This document shows, piece by piece, positions 16,681 to 24,944 of a stretch of DNA of 32,000 nt. The translations under genes and the position numbers were made by a program. The stretch is from Cyanophage MED4-117. The stretch lies in sequence record JF974321.1; one strand, 5' to 3'. Each line of letters begins with the position of its first letter. Positions within the stretch are counted from its first letter, which is position 1. The notes below the pieces were generated by a model. It did no database searches. It was not told the DNA's origin and was given only the letters and a program-made list of their open reading frames with translations.

Positions 16681-16893
16681 CTAAATTAACGGATCATCGT
16701 ATTCAGGTATGTTTTCATTGTAAATTTTGTCCTCTAGTTCTTTTATTTCTTGTAGCAAAGAAGTGGTAGCAGCAAGCGCTGTTTCCACCTCTTCGATAGA
16801 TCTTTGATGACATAAATAGTGTTTCCACTTTTGAAGCTCTAGATAGCAAAAATGCATCTTTGCCTCAAATGATAATGATTGTTCAGTCGACAT
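16681..16893 (-). CDS. Hypothetical early protein
   Basis: 70 aa ORF coupled to the upstream ORF. Confidence 0.4.
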   Translation of the reverse strand: MSTEQSLSFEAKMHFCYLELQKWKHYLCHQRSIEEVETALAATTSLLQEIKELEDKIYNENIPEYDDPLI

Positions 16894-17224
16894 TTAAACT
16901 ATCTTGAAATTTGTCATTGGCGTCTTCATAGACCTCTTCAATATCGCGCCCTTCAATCCTTACATCAACATCTAAGCCAAACTTCTTAGCACATAATGTC
17001 AAGTTATGAAAAACTACAATAAAGAAAGTAGGAACTGTGTCTGTAAAGTCCCACTCATAGCCATCTTTTCTAGAACAGTTTTGGACTAGCCTAATTTGAT
17101 TATCAAGCTGTCTCATACGCGGTGGAAACATTCTTAGGAATCGTTGTTCTTTTTCGTTAAGTTTCATTTTTTTTAATTTGTTTTGATAATTTAAGTAGTA
17201 GGTCAGTAGCAATTTTTTTTTCAT
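16883..17224 (-). CDS. Hypothetical early protein
   Basis: 113 aa ORF. The internal start MKLNEKEQRFLRMFPP is more likely than the track start. Confidence 0.4.
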   Translation of the reverse strand: MKKKLLLTYYLNYQNKLKKMKLNEKEQRFLRMFPPRMRQLDNQIRLVQNCSRKDGYEWDFTDTVPTFFIVVFHNLTLCAKKFGLDVDVRIEGRDIEEVYEDANDKFQDSLNVD

Positions 17225-17296
17225 CAGGATGTAAATTAATCATCACTCTGTTTAGAGCATATTTGATGAGATTATATTGATGTTGTTTTAATTTCA

Positions 17297-17488
17297 TTAG
17301 AAAGGCTGCCCCCAGTTTTCATATTGTTTAAGTGTGATTAGACCTTGTTTACAGAGTGTATCTGTGTAGTCGTTAAATGCTTCTCTTTTAGCAATAGTGT
17401 CGTAATAGAGACGTGAGCCTTTTAAATGGTCTTTCCATAATTGTCTGAAATTTTTTACAGCTTCAGCTTTAGTCATTTTCTTTGGCAT
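17297..17488 (-). CDS. Hypothetical early protein
   Basis: 63 aa ORF overlapping the neighbouring reading frame. Confidence 0.4.
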   Translation of the reverse strand: MPKKMTKAEAVKNFRQLWKDHLKGSRLYYDTIAKREAFNDYTDTLCKQGLITLKQYENWGQPF

Positions 17489-17675
17489 AATTTTCTCCTA
17501 ATTTTTGTGTAAGTTGTGCAAGTTCAATTTGTTTTTTAAAGTTTTCTCTTAGCCATTCACTCATTGCAAATCTACATATCTGCGAAGCTGAGACACCGAA
17601 CTCAATAGCTAAAAGGTGTATGGCCTCATAATCTTTGTTAGAGGCCGCACGGAAATAAATCCTATCGGAGTCCAT
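17469..17675 (-). CDS. Small DNA-binding-like protein
   Basis: 68 aa with 'DYEAIHLLAIEFGVSASQICRFAMSEWL', possibly ribbon-helix-helix- or HTH-like. Coupled by overlap. Confidence 0.35.
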   Translation of the reverse strand: MDSDRIYFRAASNKDYEAIHLLAIEFGVSASQICRFAMSEWLRENFKKQIELAQLTQKLGENYAKEND

Positions 17676-18679
17676 CAGCTTTTTCTGACAACGTATTTGA
17701 AATCGTCTCTAGTGTTGCACTCAAGACCAAATACCTCTCTAACTGCTGGCTCATTATTAAGGAACTTTTGTACCTTTTCTTTGTACATCTTGAATCCATC
17801 TAAGTATTCAGTAACCCATGTTTTGTGATGCTCAACGTCAAACTCTCTACCTTTGTTGTAGTAGTGACCAAAGAACTCATCTTTTGCTTTTTGAATACCA
17901 GCTTCAGTAAGCATCTTTTCATGCTTTTTAATCTCTCTAGTAGCCCATCTATCAATCTGGTCAGGTAGAACTCTGAATCTTTCCCACTTAGCCTCATTTT
18001 TAGCAATGGCTTCAGCTTTCTTAGCATCTGCTTTAGCTTGCTTTTCTTCCTCAGTAAGTCTTTGAAGAACTGTTTTACCTTCTTGTCTAGCACCGCGTCT
18101 GTCGCTTCTGAACTGTACATACTGTGTTAAGTAACCATTAGCAGAATTTTCTCCGTAGCGGTAGTTCCACATCATCTGTGTATGAATCTGGAAATCTTCA
18201 TCATCTTTTGTGTGACCAGTAACATTACCAACGATAAGGTTTGCTTTACCAAGTTTTAAATTAGTGTCGTAAACAACATCAGTAACTGCAAGGTGGCCAT
18301 TGATTCTGCTTTCTAGAAGTCCAACACTGTGATTTCTTTGCGCTTTAGCGTTAGCTTTACAAGCTTCATAGTTAACAGTGCAGCTAAGTGGTCTGTAGTA
18401 ATCAGTGTGAGTCTGCTGGCCTTTGTACTCAGGCTCACTTTGAGCAAAAGTAACATGCATGAACTCAAGTCTTGGGTGGTTGTAGTAATAACGCTTTTTA
18501 GTTTTAGTCTCACCCCAGCGATAAACTTCATAAGTCTCGAACTTTTCGCCTCTAGCCTCTCTAGCTTTCCAATCGGCGTTGTATTCTTTAGCACCTAGCT
18601 CAACAGCGCTAGTAAGTTTTTCATAAATCTCTTGCTCTAAGTGGTCAGCAAGTTTTGTATCAAGTTTGAAAGTAGTCAT
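17675..18679 (-). CDS. Large hypothetical early protein
   Basis: 334 aa, first gene of the leftward early operon. No family recognised. Confidence 0.6.
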   Translation of the reverse strand: MTTFKLDTKLADHLEQEIYEKLTSAVELGAKEYNADWKAREARGEKFETYEVYRWGETKTKKRYYYNHPRLEFMHVTFAQSEPEYKGQQTHTDYYRPLSCTVNYEACKANAKAQRNHSVGLLESRINGHLAVTDVVYDTNLKLGKANLIVGNVTGHTKDDEDFQIHTQMMWNYRYGENSANGYLTQYVQFRSDRRGARQEGKTVLQRLTEEEKQAKADAKKAEAIAKNEAKWERFRVLPDQIDRWATREIKKHEKMLTEAGIQKAKDEFFGHYYNKGREFDVEHHKTWVTEYLDGFKMYKEKVQKFLNNEPAVREVFGLECNTRDDFKYVVRKS

Positions 18680-18700
18680 TTGCGAGAAAATGTAAAGGGC

Positions 18701-18714
18701 AGCCTCTTCAGGCT
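18701..18714 (-). promoter_or_regulatory. 5'-leader hairpin of the leftward early transcript
   Basis: AGCCT-cttc-AGGCT, perfect 5-bp stem, just downstream of the predicted left promoter. Confidence 0.3.
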
Positions 18715-18722
18715 ATGAATTA

Positions 18723-18751
18723 ATTATGAACCATTAATAGTAAAACCGCAA
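18723..18751 (-). promoter_or_regulatory. Putative sigma70-type leftward early promoter
   Basis: Minus strand TTGCGG-17 nt-CATAAT, reading toward the 17675..18679 gene. Confidence 0.4.
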
Positions 18752-18763
18752 CTCTAAACATCA

Positions 18764-18815
18764 GTAAACCTGTGAAATATTCAGATATTGTAACTTTCTA
18801 ATCAAATGGGTTTAC
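18764..18815. promoter_or_regulatory. Putative operator pair
   Basis: Exact 7-bp inverted repeat GTAAACC (18764-18770) and GGTTTAC (18809-18815), the right arm overlapping the rightward -35 element. Confidence 0.3.
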
Positions 18816-18839
18816 ATAGTTGTATTGATGCGTCATAAT
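18811..18839 (+). promoter_or_regulatory. Putative sigma70-type rightward early promoter
   Basis: TTTACA (18811-18816), 17-nt spacer, CATAAT (18834-18839), reading toward the 18881 gene. Confidence 0.5.
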
Positions 18840-18845
18840 GAGAAG

Positions 18846-18866
18846 GCGGTAAGTACCCGCTTTTTT
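18846..18866 (+). terminator. Hairpin plus T-tract at the 5' leader of the rightward operon (attenuator-like)
   Basis: GCGG-taagtac-CCGC followed by TTTTTT, at or just after the predicted transcription start. The stem is short. Confidence 0.3.
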
Positions 18867-18880
18867 ATCTCGCCAGTTTT

Positions 18881-19099
18881 ATGGAACAGACACTTACACT
18901 CAAGCTCAATGAAGAGCAGCTTGAAAACTTTGAAAACCTAGTCATGGAGGCAATAAACAACCTACCTGATGATACAGAAGAGTTACTAGCAGCTGATCCA
19001 GATAGCCCTGCTGGTACATATAGAGACATTATTAAAGCTATGGCTCAACAGACAAACAGAGGTTGTGCGATCTCTGACTACATGAACTGTGAGGTTTAG
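18881..19099 (+). CDS. Small acidic early protein
   Basis: 72 aa, first ORF of the rightward operon, overlaps the next start. Confidence 0.5.
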   Translation: MEQTLTLKLNEEQLENFENLVMEAINNLPDDTEELLAADPDSPAGTYRDIIKAMAQQTNRGCAISDYMNCEV

Positions 19100-19338
19100 T
19101 GATGTCTAAAAAGGTAATTTACTATCCAGAGGCAACTGTACTTAAGTCTTACGACACATTCGTAGCAGTTAAGCGAGTAGCCGCTGAAGATATGGTCACA
19201 GAGCAGCATTACAGCAAGACTACCACTCGCCAGATTAATGAATTTTTTGGCGGTTCTGAAAAAACTGCAGAGGTTGCCCAAGTACCTCAAAAAGTTATCG
19301 ACTTTATTGCAAAATTCTTAGAGGAGTATCACAAATGA
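19099..19338 (+). CDS. Hypothetical early protein
   Basis: 79 aa, start overlaps preceding stop. Confidence 0.5.
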   Translation: MMSKKVIYYPEATVLKSYDTFVAVKRVAAEDMVTEQHYSKTTTRQINEFFGGSEKTAEVAQVPQKVIDFIAKFLEEYHK

Positions 19339-19466
19339 GAAATTTCTTTCTAATGATCGCAATGTCAGGGTTGTTCTATACGACCCTATCTGGCACTTTA
19401 TACGACATGACAGTAGCAGATTGTAACGCTGGTGTTGTCGCTGCTTGTAAGGAGATCGCCAGATGA
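19335..19466 (+). CDS. Small membrane/exported-like protein (43 aa), not in the ORF track
   Basis: Reads MRNFFLMIAMSGLFYTTLSGTLYDMTVADCNAGVVAACKEIAR*, coupled by overlaps at both ends. Confidence 0.5.
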   Translation: MRNFFLMIAMSGLFYTTLSGTLYDMTVADCNAGVVAACKEIAR

Positions 19467-19684
19467 AATTTGAAGCTACTAAGGACAAGAAAGAAACTCT
19501 TTTCCAAGGTTTCTATATTTTGTTTGCTGCACCAACAGCCAAGCATCAAGAAGAAGTCGGCCAGATGCTATGTCTTATGCTGATGGATTCTGAAATCACA
19601 CAAGAAGATGCGCAAAATGCGTGTTCTAGAGCTATTGACGCTCACTTAATTGAAAAAAAATTGGAGGACACTTTTAATGGCTGA
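19463..19684 (+). CDS. Hypothetical early protein
   Basis: 73 aa, ATGA-type overlap with the upstream micro-gene. Confidence 0.45.
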   Translation: MKFEATKDKKETLFQGFYILFAAPTAKHQEEVGQMLCLMLMDSEITQEDAQNACSRAIDAHLIEKKLEDTFNG

Positions 19685-20144
19685 TTTTGATTACAAAAAA
19701 ATGCGTGACTATGTCAGCGCTGACCCTGAGGTAACTAAGCTCAGAGAAAAAAGAACTTTGAGTTGGAAAAGGATAGGTACATTAAAACAATCAGCGCGCG
19801 AAAGCATAGAAAAAATGCACGGCTTGTATTTAGCAAAAACTGCTGTTATGGAGAAAGTCCAATACGAGCCAGCTGGTGAGTCAGCTGATGAAGTCCTAGA
19901 AGAAATTACAGGCCAATGCTCAGATTGTTGGAACAGCGATTGGAGCAATTCACTAGATGTAATTTTTGATGGACAGCTTGGTTGTTCATTAGTTATTGCA
20001 AACCTAGGAAAACAAATTCACAAACTTTCTGAAGATATACAGCTAATTAATGGCTGTTTAGACACTTTAGAAACTGAACTACAAAAACAGTTCAGAGAAC
20101 AATTTTACAAAGATCAACAAACTACTGAGGAGGTAGAACTATGA
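19677..20144 (+). CDS. Hypothetical early protein (155 aa)
   Basis: The track starts at 19650, but the internal ATG at 19677 (MADFDYKKMRDYV) overlapping the preceding stop is likelier. Confidence 0.5.
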   Translation: MADFDYKKMRDYVSADPEVTKLREKRTLSWKRIGTLKQSARESIEKMHGLYLAKTAVMEKVQYEPAGESADEVLEEITGQCSDCWNSDWSNSLDVIFDGQLGCSLVIANLGKQIHKLSEDIQLINGCLDTLETELQKQFREQFYKDQQTTEEVEL

Positions 20145-20542
20145 ATGGAATGCAGCGTAATGGTCAGCACTTAGATTTTACTAATCCAAAAGTGCAACAA
20201 TGGCTTAAAGATTGTCCTTATGAAATAACATCACTACAACAGTTGTTGTTTGAGCCAAAGGATAAAAAACAAGTTGAGTTAGTAGTAGAAATTCCTGTAG
20301 ACGAATGTGCAGTTAATTTCCAATATTATGGCTTAACACTTGGCGCAAAGACTAAAGAGCTAGAAGAAAGGTACGAAAAAATTGATAAAGAATACAAGAA
20401 ATTAATTGTTAAAGAAGTTCATGAAAGAAATCCTGTGAAGCTATTAGCTTTAGAGGAAAGAACTACGAAACTCTATAAACAAATGCGTGACATAACCAAA
20501 GAGTTAAGAGCGCTTATCGAGGCAGAGAAAACAGGTGTATAA
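20141..20542 (+). CDS. Hypothetical early protein
   Basis: 133 aa charged helical protein, 4-nt overlap upstream. Confidence 0.5.
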   Translation: MNGMQRNGQHLDFTNPKVQQWLKDCPYEITSLQQLLFEPKDKKQVELVVEIPVDECAVNFQYYGLTLGAKTKELEERYEKIDKEYKKLIVKEVHERNPVKLLALEERTTKLYKQMRDITKELRALIEAEKTGV

Positions 20543-20548
20543 CTCTAT

Positions 20549-20614
20549 CTGCCTGACTCTCTTGGTCGTAGCAGCATATACAAATTTGTTGCTGACCATA
20601 AAAAAAACTGGCAG
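20549..20614 (+). promoter_or_regulatory. Structured intergenic RNA candidate upstream of the recombination genes
   Basis: Outer CTGCC/GGCAG pairing encloses GGTC..AGCAGC / GTTGCTGACC (4 + 6 bp with a 2-nt bulge, one G-U). Confidence 0.35.
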
Positions 20615-20686
20615 AGGAGACCCTTTTTACTCCCATACCAGTTTAAACCCCAAGAACCGTACTAAGCGGTCAAATTAATTATAACA

Positions 20687-21502
20687 ATGATTACTTCAGA
20701 AATCGAACCATTATCAGTTGACTTTGCAAGCTATCAGGCAGACCCTGCATTCAGCGCTAGTGACCTAAAAATTATCACTAAGCAAAATGCTAGAGCCTTA
20801 TGGCACTCAAAGTTTAATGAACTGGCACCGCCAAAACTTCCAACACCCGCTATGAAGTTTGGTACTTTGTTCCATGCTATGTGTTTAGAGCCAGAAGATT
20901 TTACAGCTAAATTTAGAGTTGTAGAAGATAAGCGCACAAAGAAAGGCAAAGAACAAACTCTCGAATACGAGAAAAAAGGCATAACAGTAATTACACCTCA
21001 AGATGCTGCATTAGCTGACAATATGATGTCAGCAATAATGGCTAACACAACAGCTTATGACCTGTTAGATAAAGGTCAATCAGAACAAAGTTTCTGGTGG
21101 TCACATGAGGCAAGTGGCCTTGATTGCAAATGTCGTTGTGACAAAATTTATAACGATTTAGTAGTCGATCTTAAGACCACAGGAGAGGGTGGGGCATCAC
21201 CAGAAATGTTTACAAAAACAGTAACCAATCTGAACTACCACCTTCAAGCAGCACATTACCTACAAGGTACAAATTGTAAAAGATTTGTTTTTGTAGTAAT
21301 AGAAAAAGTATTCCCCTACAACATAGGTGTCTACGAATTAGATAACGAATTTCTCGACATAGGTTATGAACTCCAAGAACAAGCGCTTCTTAAAATATCT
21401 GAAGCAACTACGTCTGGAAAATGGCTCGGATATACCGACACCGAACCCAATGGAATCCAGACTCTCGGCAAACCCTACTGGCTTGGTAACAACTATGACT
21501 AA
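20687..21502 (+). CDS. PDDEXK/RecE-like exonuclease (DUF3799 family)
   Basis: 271 aa. 'SASDLKIITKQNARALWHSKF', 'MKFGTLFHAMCLEP', 'LDCKCRCDKIYNDLVVDLKTT', 'NLNYHLQAAHYLQG' form the typical Cas4/RecE-type nuclease motif series. Confidence 0.8.
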   Translation: MITSEIEPLSVDFASYQADPAFSASDLKIITKQNARALWHSKFNELAPPKLPTPAMKFGTLFHAMCLEPEDFTAKFRVVEDKRTKKGKEQTLEYEKKGITVITPQDAALADNMMSAIMANTTAYDLLDKGQSEQSFWWSHEASGLDCKCRCDKIYNDLVVDLKTTGEGGASPEMFTKTVTNLNYHLQAAHYLQGTNCKRFVFVVIEKVFPYNIGVYELDNEFLDIGYELQEQALLKISEATTSGKWLGYTDTEPNGIQTLGKPYWLGNNYD

Positions 21503-22361
21503 ACCAGAGTTTAAAGTCATGCAAATGACACCAGAAAAAGCCAAAAACATTCTTATTTCAAAGAATAGGAATAATAGAAATCTCAAAGCTAATAACTTAA
21601 AAAAATTAGTAACAGCTATTGAGAATGGTGAATGGAAAATCACCAATAATGGACTAGCTTTTGATGAGCAAGGCAACTTAATTGATGGTCAGCACAGGCT
21701 GGCAGCCATTGTGCAAACTGGTAAAACACTTCCTATTTTAGTTTGTTCTAAAATGGACCCTCGTATATTCGATTGTGTTGATACTGGCGCTGCTAGAACT
21801 GCTGGCGATGGCATAGACATTCTTGGCAGTAGTCATGGTAAATACATTGCGGCTGCTATCAAATGCTATCACTTATACAACCACTGGCCTAAACGTGCAT
21901 GGTCTAGCACTGTGACACCATCTTCAGCACAGATTGTAAAAATCTACGAAGAAAAAAAAGAAGTCATAGAGGCTCTCTACGCTGTAATTGCTAAAAAGCA
22001 TAAAAATTACAAATGTTTCCCTATAAGTGTTGGCCTAACTTTCACAATGATTTGTTTAGATGCTGGCTGGTCAGACTTACAGATGTGGGAGTTTTGGGAC
22101 GCTGTAACACTAGGTGCAAACTTGCAACCAGATAGCGCTGTACTTTCTTTTAGAAATCAGATTACTAATGTTGAGTACAGGAAACGCGGGTGGTTTTCTC
22201 AGAGGTTTATCCTTAATGCCTTCATAGTTTGTTTTAACAAGCACGTTCAAAACATTCCTACTATCAGGTTTATTGCACCAAGACCCGATACAAATATGTA
22301 CAAGGTAGAAAAACCAGCACAAAAAGAAACATCAATCTTGGAGGTCATTAAAGCACAATGA
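21495..22361 (+). CDS. DGQHR/ParB-like domain protein
   Basis: 'LDEQGNLIDGQHRLAAIVQTGKTLPILVCSKMDPRIFDCVDTGAART' type motif. The likely start is the internal ATG at 21495 overlapping the nuclease stop (track ORF starts 21366). Confidence 0.65.
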   Translation: MTKPEFKVMQMTPEKAKNILISKNRNNRNLKANNLKKLVTAIENGEWKITNNGLAFDEQGNLIDGQHRLAAIVQTGKTLPILVCSKMDPRIFDCVDTGAARTAGDGIDILGSSHGKYIAAAIKCYHLYNHWPKRAWSSTVTPSSAQIVKIYEEKKEVIEALYAVIAKKHKNYKCFPISVGLTFTMICLDAGWSDLQMWEFWDAVTLGANLQPDSAVLSFRNQITNVEYRKRGWFSQRFILNAFIVCFNKHVQNIPTIRFIAPRPDTNMYKVEKPAQKETSILEVIKAQ

Positions 22362-22996
22362 GTGAAACAAATCCTAAAATAGCTTTTATTAAAGCATTAC
22401 AAAAAGCACAAAAAGAGTTTCCTTCATTAGTAAGGACTAAAGAAGTAGGTGCTGGAAAATTTGGATATAGCTATCTGCCACTTGAGCAGATGCTTTCTAA
22501 AGTCCAGCCAGTTCTACATAGTAATGGTTTTCATTTATCACAACTTTTTGGTTGTACACCAACAGGCCAAACCACAATTAAAACTAAATTAGTGCATATT
22601 GGCGGCCATGAAGAAGTTAGTGAACTACCTTTCTTTCTACCTCCAAGAGATTTAGAAAGGAAGAATGAAGCACACGTTTGGGGCGGCTCTGTTACTTATC
22701 AAAGAAGATACAGTATCAAATTAATTCTTGGTCTGGAAACTGACATGGATAACAACATGGAGATAGAACCAGAAAAAGAAAAAGCCACACCATCTAAAAG
22801 ACAAGCTAATGTTCAACACAAACAGAACATAGCGGTTTTGGCTCGTGACGCTATTGTGAAATCAACTAATGATGAACAATTAGACCAACATTTCAATACT
22901 CTAGTTGCAAGGCTAGATGAGGGGAAAATCAGCCAAGACCAATATAATAAACTTATTGACCTTATCAAAGCTAGGAGGAAAGCATTAACACCATGA
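22358..22996 (+). CDS. erf: ERF-family single-strand annealing protein
   Basis: 212 aa. 'KIAFIKALQKAQKEFPSLVRTKEVGAGKFGYSYLPLEQMLSKVQPVLHSNGFHLSQLFG...GGSVTYQRRYSIKLILGLETDMDNNME'. Confidence 0.8.
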   Translation: MSETNPKIAFIKALQKAQKEFPSLVRTKEVGAGKFGYSYLPLEQMLSKVQPVLHSNGFHLSQLFGCTPTGQTTIKTKLVHIGGHEEVSELPFFLPPRDLERKNEAHVWGGSVTYQRRYSIKLILGLETDMDNNMEIEPEKEKATPSKRQANVQHKQNIAVLARDAIVKSTNDEQLDQHFNTLVARLDEGKISQDQYNKLIDLIKARRKALTP

Positions 22997-23217
22997 ACCA
23001 AATCGAACAGCAATTTTTAACATCTGACCAGTTAGCTGAAAGATATGGATTAAGTCCAGCAACTATTGCTGATTGGAGACGTAAAGATCGTGGACCCGAC
23101 TACTATACACTTCCCAAATATGCGGTATCATCGGGTTCCGCTAAGGTTCGCTACGACATAAAAGTGATCCTTGAATGGGAAAAACAAAACAACATTACAC
23201 CTAAGAACCCTTTTTAA
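22993..23217 (+). CDS. MerR/Xis-type HTH protein
   Basis: 74 aa. 'FLTSDQLAERYGLSPATIADWRRKDRGPDYYTLPKYAV...VRYDIKVILEWEKQN'. Confidence 0.65.
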   Translation: MNQIEQQFLTSDQLAERYGLSPATIADWRRKDRGPDYYTLPKYAVSSGSAKVRYDIKVILEWEKQNNITPKNPF

Positions 23218-23219
23218 CT

Positions 23220-23540
23220 ATGGCAAAAGTACAACCAGCATTTACTGCTAAATTCAGAATCCTTGACAACCCCAACCCTGTCAATGATTATGCCCCAGAA
23301 AAAAATGTAATTTTTGATTTTACTATTGAAAATGCATTAAAAGCTGCCGAGTTTTTTATGAAAATGCATGACAAAGCAGAAAAAGAAGGTACCACAATCA
23401 GAGTCTATACAGACAAAAAAGAGTACCATGAAGAAGCTGGTTTTACCCTTTGGGGCGGTATGTGGGGAAATAGTGGCAAACTAGCCCCATTACCACCAAA
23501 AGAAGAAGAAACTGTAAGCGTTGATGACCTACCCTTCTAG
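23220..23540 (+). CDS. Putative single-stranded DNA-binding protein
   Basis: 106 aa with an SSB-like acidic C-terminal tip '...EEETVSVDDLPF'; neighbours ERF and a RecE-like nuclease. Confidence 0.45.
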   Translation: MAKVQPAFTAKFRILDNPNPVNDYAPEKNVIFDFTIENALKAAEFFMKMHDKAEKEGTTIRVYTDKKEYHEEAGFTLWGGMWGNSGKLAPLPPKEEETVSVDDLPF

Positions 23541-23688
23541 ATTCCCTAGTGACCCTTACGAGGGTCAAATATTTTATGATGCCGATACGGATAGAACTTT
23601 TGAGTATCAACGTAGAGACATCTTAGAACAAATGATTAACTGTTCCAAGGAGGTTTATTATTGGTTCGACATTAGTAAAGAAATTTAA
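23524..23688 (+). CDS. Small hypothetical protein (54 aa), not in the ORF track
   Basis: Reads MTYPSRFPSDPYEGQIFYDADTDRTFEYQRRDILEQMINCSKEVYYWFDISKEI*, overlapping the preceding gene. Confidence 0.5.
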   Translation: MTYPSRFPSDPYEGQIFYDADTDRTFEYQRRDILEQMINCSKEVYYWFDISKEI

Positions 23689-23978
23689 TCTTTACCAAAC
23701 AAAATATATTTTAAGCGTTTCATTAGAGGCGCTTTTTTTATTTTTCTCTCAAGATAAATGATGTTGTCTTGCTGATTGCACATTATTTCTAATGCATTAG
23801 CTATGAACTGTGATTGTTTATGATTTGCTCGCGCCAGCTGAATGGCTATTTCTCTTAGTTCGTCTATATCTTCAAATTTATAAAGATTACTAATAGAAGT
23901 TTCTACAGCAAACTCAGACTCTAGACTTGGTCTTTTTGTAAGGATATTTATAATACTTTTCACTTGACCTCTGGCCAT
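23685..23978 (-). CDS. Hypothetical protein
   Basis: 97 aa ORF, tail-to-tail overlap with the plus-strand micro-gene. Confidence 0.45.
   Translation of the reverse strand: MARGQVKSIINILTKRPSLESEFAVETSISNLYKFEDIDELREIAIQLARANHKQSQFIANALEIMCNQQDNIIYLERKIKKAPLMKRLKYILFGKD
23713..23740 (+). terminator. Rho-independent terminator of the rightward early operon
   Basis: AAGCGTTTC-ATTA-GAGGCGCTT: 9-bp stem with two G-U pairs, then a T tract. Confidence 0.6.
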
Positions 23979-24097
23979 AGATGAACTGATACATAATCTA
24001 CAATCTGGTCATCTATTGTATTATCTGTGGTCTTTGCTAATGCCTTTAAAAGATCAAGAATTAATTTTTTTACTGCATTCGTTTTACAGAATGTCAT
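23960..24097 (-). CDS. Small hypothetical protein (45 aa), not in the ORF track
   Basis: Reads MTFCKTNAVKKLILDLLKALAKTTDNTIDDQIVDYVSVHLWPEVK*, overlapping the next minus-strand ORF. Confidence 0.45.
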   Translation of the reverse strand: MTFCKTNAVKKLILDLLKALAKTTDNTIDDQIVDYVSVHLWPEVK

Positions 24098-24189
24098 AAG
24101 AATAGGTTTTAGGATTCTGAGCATAATAATCTTGTGTTACTTTCCAAACATAGCTAACTTGCTAGTATAAGACAAGAATCTTAACCTTT

Positions 24190-24429
24190 ATGGACGATCA
24201 AGAGCCAAGCAAAGTTGAAACCATTGTTAAAGTTTGTGTACTTCTTTGGTCGGCAACTCTATTAAGCCTTTCATACTACGAGCCGCCTAGTGGAAAAAAG
24301 ATAGTAGATTTTGACCCCACGTTCATTGCTTCAATCTTTAGTGCATCTACTGCCTCACTAGGATTCCAGATAAAAAAGAAAAAAGATACTATAGTAGATA
24401 ACAAGAACTCTAAAGTTGGCACCAAATGA
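24190..24429 (+). CDS. Small membrane protein, holin-like or structural accessory
   Basis: 79 aa with two hydrophobic stretches (VCVLLWSATLLSLSYY; FIASIFSASTASLGFQI) and a Lys-rich tail. Confidence 0.4.
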   Translation: MDDQEPSKVETIVKVCVLLWSATLLSLSYYEPPSGKKIVDFDPTFIASIFSASTASLGFQIKKKKDTIVDNKNSKVGTK

Positions 24430-24944
24430 AAAAACTACTGCCTTTTATACTTTTCCTTTCTCCGTCTAGTGCCTTTGCTGATATAACGGCAAAGTATGTA
24501 ACTTCTGCACAAATATCAATAGATTCTCCATACGTTATAACAAATGCAGCTCCTAGCACATACAGTATTAGCGGAAATAATGTAACGACATCTACAGGAA
24601 CAGGAGATAGCGTTGTTACAAATGCAATCGGAGGATTGAACTTAGGAAGTTTGAGTAATGGTGTACCAGCTCTAGTAAATACAAATAAGACAGTAACAAC
24701 TGCTGGGTCTGCCTTCTCACTCTCTGAAAGTTACCAAGCTGGAGACGTAACACAATCAGCTATAACTCCAAGTAGCGGTATAGCGACTCTTCCTGTACTG
24801 GGTGGACAAACTACTGTAATTTCTGGTGGAACTGCTGGAAATCTAGCTCTTACTTCATTATCTTCAGGAATCCATACTTGCACAGCTGGTGGCTCTGGAA
24901 CAAGTTGTATTGCCTCCACTACTGTTCAAATCGAAATTGACTAG
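24426..24944 (+). CDS. Secreted/exported protein
   Basis: 172 aa with a clear signal peptide (MKKLLPFILFLSPSSAFA|DI) and a Ser/Thr/Gly-rich mature region ending in two Cys. Confidence 0.6.
   Translation: MKKLLPFILFLSPSSAFADITAKYVTSAQISIDSPYVITNAAPSTYSISGNNVTTSTGTGDSVVTNAIGGLNLGSLSNGVPALVNTNKTVTTAGSAFSLSESYQAGDVTQSAITPSSGIATLPVLGGQTTVISGGTAGNLALTSLSSGIHTCTAGGSGTSCIASTTVQIEID

Noticed and set aside
17800-18120. Minus-strand 106-aa ORF and the similar ORF at 18313..18594
   Set aside because: Alternative frames inside the 334-aa early gene. The neighbouring frame has continuous, better-composed coding and clean junctions.
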